A DNA stretch of 63,197 nucleotides, counting the filler, from Sluysia triapertura (lineage: Eukaryota): NCBI GenBank assembly GCA_046118255.1. It is 5 parts of 5 records of this genome, joined end to end, with 100 filler letters (N's around TTAATTAATTAA, not from the genome) between each part and the next. Parts side by side here need not be neighbours in the genome. Positions count along the whole stretch, not along the records: positions 49,786 to 63,197 come from JBJNIA010041578.1; 4 more parts are not named here. One strand, written 5' to 3'. Below are positions 55,291 to 63,197 of this stretch, one piece after another. Numbering within the stretch: position 1 is the first letter of the stretch; each line of letters opens with the position of its first letter. The notes beneath the pieces were generated by a model. It worked only from the letters and a program-made list of their open reading frames with translations. It made no database searches and was not told the origin of the DNA. The position numbers and the translations under genes were made by a program.

Positions 55291-55344
<54 letters not shown>
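55291..55344. repeat. (ATT)18 microsatellite
   Basis: Perfect trinucleotide run. Confidence 0.97.
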
Positions 55345-55346
<2 letters not shown>

Positions 55347-58300
55347 GCATCAAAGATTTGAAGTACATGATTTTTTATGAAATTAATTTTTCATTTTCTT
55401 AAGCAATTTCTTTGATTTTATTATTTTGCATACGATGTAAGTTAACATTATTTATTTATGATGAAAAGATTTATCAATGTCCTTTTGTATCGTTTTCACG
55501 AAATGGTTTGGCATGTGTAAATAATTCAATTTCCTTAAAATTTTACGTACATGATATAAAATGGAAAGAATTGTTACATAAAATGTAATTTTATTTTAAA
55601 TTCATTATAAATTGTCGTAAATTCAGTAATTTTGTGTTTCTAAAATTATTTTAATCAAATTTAAATGAATTCGTCCGCTCTAATTCTTAAAATTCTATTT
55701 TTTAAAGACATCTTCCAAACTAATTTTTTTCCGAAATTTTCTTTTCTCTAAAAAATTCTAGACATTCGTGCAAGTTATCATCTCAGTACTTTAGTTAATT
55801 TAAAATTTAAAGTTAACTTTTATTTTAAGATATTTACAATGAAAAGTTAACTGATGAAAGTTTAGGTTTTTATCGGGATTAATGAAATATTAATGTGATA
55901 TTTCATCATACAAATATAATATTATCTTGCTATATATTTTGCAAATTTTGAACGTGTTTCAGGATACGTATCTCGATCATATAGTTTACAATGAGTGGGT
56001 GCACGTTTAATTAGTCGGAAAATGATGGTTTATCATGACATAAGTTATAGCAAATTTTCTAAGTAAATTGGAACTGGTTTTTTCTTTTGGTTTGTATGCA
56101 ACTGAAGGTACGTAATAGTTTATAATTATTTTAGCGCTTACAACTCTAAATAAACAAAAATAAAAATATTTTAATAACATTTTTAATAAAAACGTATTAA
56201 TAATGTATTAATGACAAATTTTTTAAAGATATATTATAATATTAATACAATATTATGATAATAATATATAAATTGATTGTAAACAATCATGCAAAATTAC
56301 ATTTATAAAAATTCGATTTATACAAACTTGATAACCACTGCATGATTGAAGCTGAACTATTTACTGTCCTGTGCTTTCTGAAATAGAATCCTTTGTGCGT
56401 CAATTTTTTTTGCTAATCGCAAAGACTATGTTTCGAATTAAAAACTTGCTATTATTTGAAGTGGTAGAAAAAATTTAAAATGACTGATGTCACAAACTAC
56501 TTGTATAATTTCAAATAAAATATTAGTGTTAATTTAGTCTTACGTTTTATCAACTGCGCACAAATTTAAATCAAAATAGAGTTTATACCTGGCAGAAGCC
56601 ATGACAAGAGATGAAGAAACGATTCTTAATGTTGAGTTGCTTATCTAAGTTTGTTATAACTTTGGTTATATCTAAAGTTATATAAAGTTATATTAAAATT
56701 TGAAATTAATAAATATTAAATTACTTGTAAATATTATAGATATCAAATCTTTAAATTTTAAATGTCAAATACTTTTATAAATATTTTTATTAAAAATTTT
56801 AAATGTTACATTTTATAATATTAAATTTAAAAAATCAAATTCAAATAATTAAAATGTTTAATTTAAAATAAACAAAATTTAAGGAATGGTTTTGTTAAAA
56901 TAATTATTTAATATGGCTGCCCAATTGAAGAATTCATTATATAAACGGGTGAATTTTTTAATATGGCCACCAGACTATAATTGTAATAGTCAGATTTAAT
57001 GTTTTAAATATTTTAAAAATGACTTAAAATATTTAATGTTGCTCCAAATCATAATTCGCTAACTTAATTTATTTCTAAAAATTAATTGTGAATGTTAAGG
57101 AGATTTCCTAAATTGTCTTATTATTATTGTTGTTTGTTTTTTCTGAGAAGTTGAATTTTCTCTTTAGTTGAAGAACAATTTAGTGAATAAAATTTATTCA
57201 TTATTACCCAACTTTTTGATTTGGTTTAAAATCTGGTAGTTTTACGCCAGACCTTAACGGCTAGCTCAAGTTGTAAAAGTAAAATATTGTAAAATTTGAT
57301 TGAACTAAACTCTAGACCATAAAGGCTAGCTTAATCTCATCGCCTGCATTAATTTAAGTATTTAATCATAAGACAAATTACGAAAAATCCTAACTATTAC
57401 TACTTACGTTAAATCAGAACAGAACGTCTTTTACGAGCACATATAAATCATTTCGTGTTAGGTGAACTGAGTTCCAGTTATTTTGCACGTGTTCATATTA
57501 AACACATGCACTAAGTATTGTAAGCTTTTTATTGTATAATTTTTAATATGGTTTTTAATTTTATTTGTATCGCTACACCGAGGAATTTTAGTATTTTTCA
57601 TTTTTTTAATATTTATATTTACAGTATGTTTTCAATGTATAAAGGAAAAAATTTGCATTAATACGTTAAACTCATATAAATTGTCAGCGGCTTTGTATTT
57701 ATGTTCATTGTACAAAAAATTTAATTAATCTCAAGACTATAAAAATGCGTAACGAAAAATAGTAAACTAAAAACATTTAAGAACTAACATTATTATTGAA
57801 ATGATTGTTATACAAAAGATTACTAATAATAATATTATTATTAATAAAAAACAATAATAATATAAGAGAATACAAATACGTGAGCATACAAATATTTTAA
57901 TGTATGAGTGCAGGTAATCGTAGGAATAGGAAATCGTAGTTTCAAAAATGAATCAACAAGTTGGACATCTGAGAAATGCATGATAATAGTTTAATTTTTT
58001 ATAATCCATTATCGCCGCTAATACTTAAAAGTTAGTTTATTTTTTAATATTATATATTTAAGATCATTGTTAATAAAAATTATAATATTTGAAAGTAGTT
58101 ATGACAAAACAGATATAGATAATTTTCGTACTCATAATTTCGTAAACATAATTTCGAAATTAACTTAGGTTTACTAGTCATCATAAAAATTATTTTAAAA
58201 ATATAAAACACAAAGCACATAAAATAAATCATGTACAATGTAAGACAAGATGGGGAATCATTGTTTAAGTGACCAAAAACGGGAAAACATTTACACAAGT

Positions 58301-59459
58301 TCAAAAAGATAAACTAAACACAAAAAATGAGAAAACTATTTAGTGAAAAAGTAGATCTTGTAGTTGAGCAATAGAAATTATTTTAAATACCAAAGTAATA
58401 AAATGCCAAAGTAAAATAACAAAGCGTATAATTTTCTTTAATTATTTTTATATTCTTCATTAAATTAAGGAAAATGGCCTAAATCACGATAAATGCTAAT
58501 TTTGTTTTCAACATATTATAACAGTCAATAATTTTGGAGAAAAATATTTTAGCGATGTCGATTTCGAAGTTATCTTGTTTTATTGATGAGAAGGATAATC
58601 GTGTTTATAGTATTTATACCATAATTACTTTTAAAACTTTCATTAAATTTAACTATCACCATTTAAATTAGTTAAGCCTTATTAGTTTAAGCAGAAGTAA
58701 AATTTTATTAATTTTTATTTAATCATTATAGAATACCTTTATGTACTGATCCGAAATTAATTTTGTAGTAGAACACATGCATTACGTGGAAACAAAGAAG
58801 CTTCTACAAGATTTAATGCATACTTTTGAGAAAAAATATAAATAAATGAATAAATTTATTTCATGTAAGTGTTTCATTTTATTTACTTTAAATAAATTAA
58901 GTTTTAAAATAAATTTTAATAATGCAACTTACAAAATCGTTAGTCCAAGTGGTATTGGAAAATCAAACTTTAAAACAAACGTTAACAACAGAAAATCATA
59001 TAAAGCAGACAACTCAAATTGAGTTTTGCAAATTAAAATAATTAATGGTTTTCACGAAATTTGGTCACTCATATTACACAGATTGACTAATAATACAAAG
59101 AATCCAAGAGGATAATTTTAATAATTTATTGAAAAAGTATGTAGACATTAGGAAATATTATAATTTAATTACTATAATTTAAAATGTATTGCATCAAGGT
59201 GGTAATTATGGTATTCAAAATTGAAATGTAATATTTAAAATCTTAGAGATCAAATTATAATTAAATAATATACCACGAAAAACAATAGATTTTAGACCAT
59301 GATATACGTACATTTACTGATATTTTTAATCCAAAAGACAAATTATAATAAACAATGCATTAATTAATTACGTTTAATTTAAAAAAATTGTAGTTAAACC
59401 TAATAAAATCAAACACGTTAAACAATATATATATTTTTGTGATTGTCATATTGGATCCA

Positions 59460-59836
59460 TTTATCAACAAAAATGGATCAGATATTTGACAAGAAAGCAA
59501 CATAAAGCAAGCTTCCAAATGCTTTTGTTTCTCATTTTCATTCAGTTCATGTGGGAACCACTCTTTCAACTTTTTCATTTTAACGATTTGCTCTGAATGA
59601 GTTTATATTGTTTGATAATTAATTTGAGATTGGTTATACTCAAAGGTAACTATTGATTCTGGACAATATTTGTGAATTCAAAATTACTTGTACGAAATTT
59701 AGTGAACACATTTGATATTGCCTGCTTCATATTAACACTAGAGTTATATACACTTAATGTTTCACGGGGTTTGCGATGCCATAGTTTCACCTATGAAATA
59801 ATATTTCGTAATAGTGCAAATTTCCGACCGTTCCAT
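59460..59836 (-). mobile_element. Degenerate mariner transposase N-terminal half
   Basis: MERSEICTITKYYF..ASQT (ATG at 59836), FTKFRTSNF, and KKLKEWFPHELNENEKQKHLEACFMLL...DPFL (WVPHEL linker). Confidence 0.85.
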
Positions 59837-62800
59837 TTTCAACAAAATAAATTTTTAAAAAATGAGTTTAATATTTTAGAATATACAATGATTTCTTTAA
59901 TCAAGAGATATAATTAAGCCAATATTCATTAACACGTTGTTAAATTTTGCAATTACAAATATCATCCTTGCTAACCTAAGAATTGATTATTTATATTATA
60001 CATGATAAAAAGAAGTGCAACTGAATCTAAGAAGTGAAATCATATTGAGTTAAAAATTTCTAAATCCAAAAATATGCGTAATTTACAAACAAAATTATGG
60101 ATTTAATATTGTATTACTACCAATTGTGGCATCACTTCCTGGTGGATAAATAAGTCATGAAGTGAAATTGTTTCAGCATTATCCACTTTATCTTATAATT
60201 ATTTCATTATGAAATCTGCTTGTTGTAATGAAGGATCCAAAAAAATTACATAAATGATGGAAATATGGTTCGACCCAAAGTCTCACATTGTGTAATATGA
60301 ATGTCAACTATTGGTTTAATACTATGTATGATGTGTATTCATTATCAATTCAATGAAATGAATTAAACAACAAACAAGTCTTTAATGAAATATGTTTATT
60401 ATGTAGTACAACTTCAAATATGACATTAAACAAGCATGGTTTATATTGAAAGTATACGTAAGAATAGTTTTGTATTTGACATACAAATTTAATACAGTAC
60501 CAAAAAATAGCGTTCGAATATTCATTACCATAGCAATTACTGCACTTACATTAATTCTTCAAAAATAGTACTTGTATAATTATTATAAGTATTGTACAAT
60601 GAATATTTGTGTTTAATTTGTCTTTTAACTATTTTTTTTAATTTTTTTCAAAATTTATACTACATAAGTTTGTAAGCAGTACATCATACAAAAATTATAA
60701 ATAAAATTACACAAACAATGAAGAAGCCTACAATATTAAGGAAAATGGAAGTGACATAACAAAGCAAGTACTTTAATTTAATAGCCGTTCGGAGATTGAA
60801 TTAAATAATGGACATCAAATTTTGTTTTAATTTAAGAAAAAATATGGAATCAATTAGGGAATATAAAATTCCAAAATGGAGCTAAAATCACGTTTTGTAA
60901 GAACAGTGAAATTAAAGAATAATGCATAAGTGAACCAGCTAAGATTGACGATAATAATTTTATAACCACTTCAATAAGTGAAAACTAGAAATATGCATGA
61001 AGCAATACTTCTATTTTTTTACACAATTATTGTTTGTCTATAATTTTTATAGGTGGTGTATTAATAAATGTTTGTGCTTAATATATCTTTTTAATTATTA
61101 TAGAAATACATACTTCGAAAGTTTGTAAGAAGTAACTCATAATTTTTGACAACAGTTCGCAATATCATTATTACAACACAATTTTTACCTGATGACAGTT
61201 ATTTCGTTTTGTATAAATAGATTTATTTCATCGTGATAAGCGCTGCTTAAGATTTTGTACACAATATTGTGGGCAAGCTCTGAAAATCAAAGAACCTTCG
61301 TAAACATAGTGATAGTGAACATAGAACCATTATAGGTACGCAACACATATTATTGTATATCGCATTATCTCTATGATTAGTAATAGGATTAAGTGATAGG
61401 AGATTGTAATAAGTGTTGCATGAAATGCGACTCATTTTCTGAATAACTAATCATTAAAATCAACATTGACCACTAAAAGAAGGTACCTATAAGGTCTATA
61501 AACGGAGTACATTCAACCACAAATTATTAACAATTTAGTATCACTAAATCCAAATTTAAGATAAAACTAAGTACTAAAAGCTAAAATATGGCAATCAGCC
61601 AATCAGATCACACTAAACCACGAATAAACTCCTGTAATAATCCACGAATAATCCTCTGCACTTCAGAAAAAATTTAATATTACGAAAAATTACTTTAGAG
61701 ATGCAATGGAATATATACGTTTCACAATTATTTAAATCATTAAATATTTAAAAACATTAAAATTGCCAATAAATAAAACAAATAGAAAAATTAATGAAAA
61801 AATAAAACATTTTATGTTTCTTTTTGTTACATCCATTAGAGGATTAAAAAGCATTAAAATATGACGTTTTAAGACTTGCAGTAATAATTAATTGTGACGA
61901 TTCTGTGTCTTGTCTCTAAAATTTATAATTACCTTATTAAAAATCATTAATTTCTTTAAGAATTATTACATTTATTTACAAAATATTGTGCTTGAAATAT
62001 TATAAATTTGAAATTGAAAATAATATTGAATTGTTATTTTCATAAAATTTGCTACACATACAAAAATAGCCCTTAAATAAATAATCATTAAATTTTAAAT
62101 CTGAAAATTGATTCACTTTGTTTATATATTTATTTCGAATCGTGTAATACTAAATAAATAATTTATTAATTTTAAAAATACTAATAGTTAATTTTATTAA
62201 ATAATGTTGAAATAATATTGTTAATTTATTAAATTGTGATAATTGTGGTTCATAATTTATAATTATGTAAGACATTTTAATCAAGCAGTAAGTCTAATTT
62301 TCCAAGTGGGAATAAGATTTCACGTAGCATCTTCTTGCCAATAAAAGCAAGATTAGAATTCAAAATCATGACAATAATTTACATATGCTGCTTACATTAT
62401 GGAAGTACTGAATATCTCTTAGTACCAAAATATTTCATTGAGACATAATATTCTATACAGAATCCACAATGATAGGTAATAGTTGATAGGTGATATACCG
62501 TTTATGTTTCAAAAATATATTGCTGGAAAATTATGACGTATTTAAAAGAAGGCAAATTTCTTTTTGTTTCAGAAATATAATAATGGATAATTTATTTTGC
62601 AATAGATATGAGCACAATATAAATAAATATTATTATTAATTTGTTGAGTTTTAATATTTAAAAGGAAAAACAAACATAATTTCCTGCCCATAAAAATCGC
62701 TTCTTCGTATTTAAACAAAGATTCATAGAGCAATATGTTTAAATAATTTTTCTTTTGCATAATTTAAATCAATTAAAATTTATGCAATCAATTTTTATTC

Positions 62801-63126
62801 ACTAATCACCATATTTAATAAGAATGTTTTTGTTATTATGATTATTACCATTATTATTACTATTATCATTATTTATGTCGTTTAATCAACAAGAAGGGAT
62901 GATTAAAGAAAATTTATTGACATAAAGCTGCAAGACATGTCTGTCGAATTACTAAATGAGATCATTAGTAATTTTATTATTATATGACAACACATTTTTC
63001 AAAGTTGTGTTAATAATTCTGAAATAATTGCATACAAACATTCGATTTCAAAATTACAACGAAATCAATTTTACGTAAGTTATACATTTTTGTATTTATA
63101 CGTTAACAATTTTAAACAATTTAAAC

Positions 63127-63197
63127 CAGTGGTGTCAAAGTGGCGGCCCGCGGAGGCAAATCATGCGGCCCGTGTATTTACAAACAATACCAGGATA
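63127..63197 (+). mobile_element. Left end of a hAT (Charlie/Buster-type) element running off the window
   Basis: CAGTGGTGTCAAAGTGGCGGCCCGCGG...ATGCGGCCCG terminus, preceded by ATTTAAAC (nnnTAnnn-type target). Confidence 0.7.

Noticed and set aside
60115-60300. VASLPGG motif suggesting a Helitron PIF1 helicase
   Set aside because: Too short; Walker A and DE motifs are not convincingly present.

Overview
Very AT-rich eukaryotic, almost certainly animal, DNA. It consists of five sequence blocks joined by artificial 100-bp spacers (N44-TTAATTAATTAA-N44), so adjacency across the spacers is unproven. Two clearly intact genes are present, both on the minus strand. One is a 4-exon PP2A catalytic subunit (311 aa) with 36-, 32- and 254-nt introns; the other is an intronless 40S ribosomal protein S21. 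The largest ORF (8015..8818) is a mistranslated, frameshifted terminal exon of a GLMP/NCU-G1 lysosomal membrane protein gene. A DUSP15/22-like phosphatase pseudogene breaks off right before its catalytic Cys. The rest is a graveyard of decayed transposons: Tc3-like, mariner, maT DD37D, IS630-like, a pogo-type MITE, several hAT pieces, a possible piggyBac tail, RLE-type non-LTR retrotransposon pieces and a possible Penelope end with a degenerate hammerhead. There is also a >1 kb AT-rich dispersed repeat in inverted clusters, (ATT)n microsatellites and three copies of an unusual tRNA-like repeat. The most intriguing signal is an RLE retrotransposon whose 3' end abuts a 5'-truncated copy of that tRNA-like repeat, a candidate new target-specific retroelement/target pair. 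All family assignments come from manual motif recognition, not database searches.
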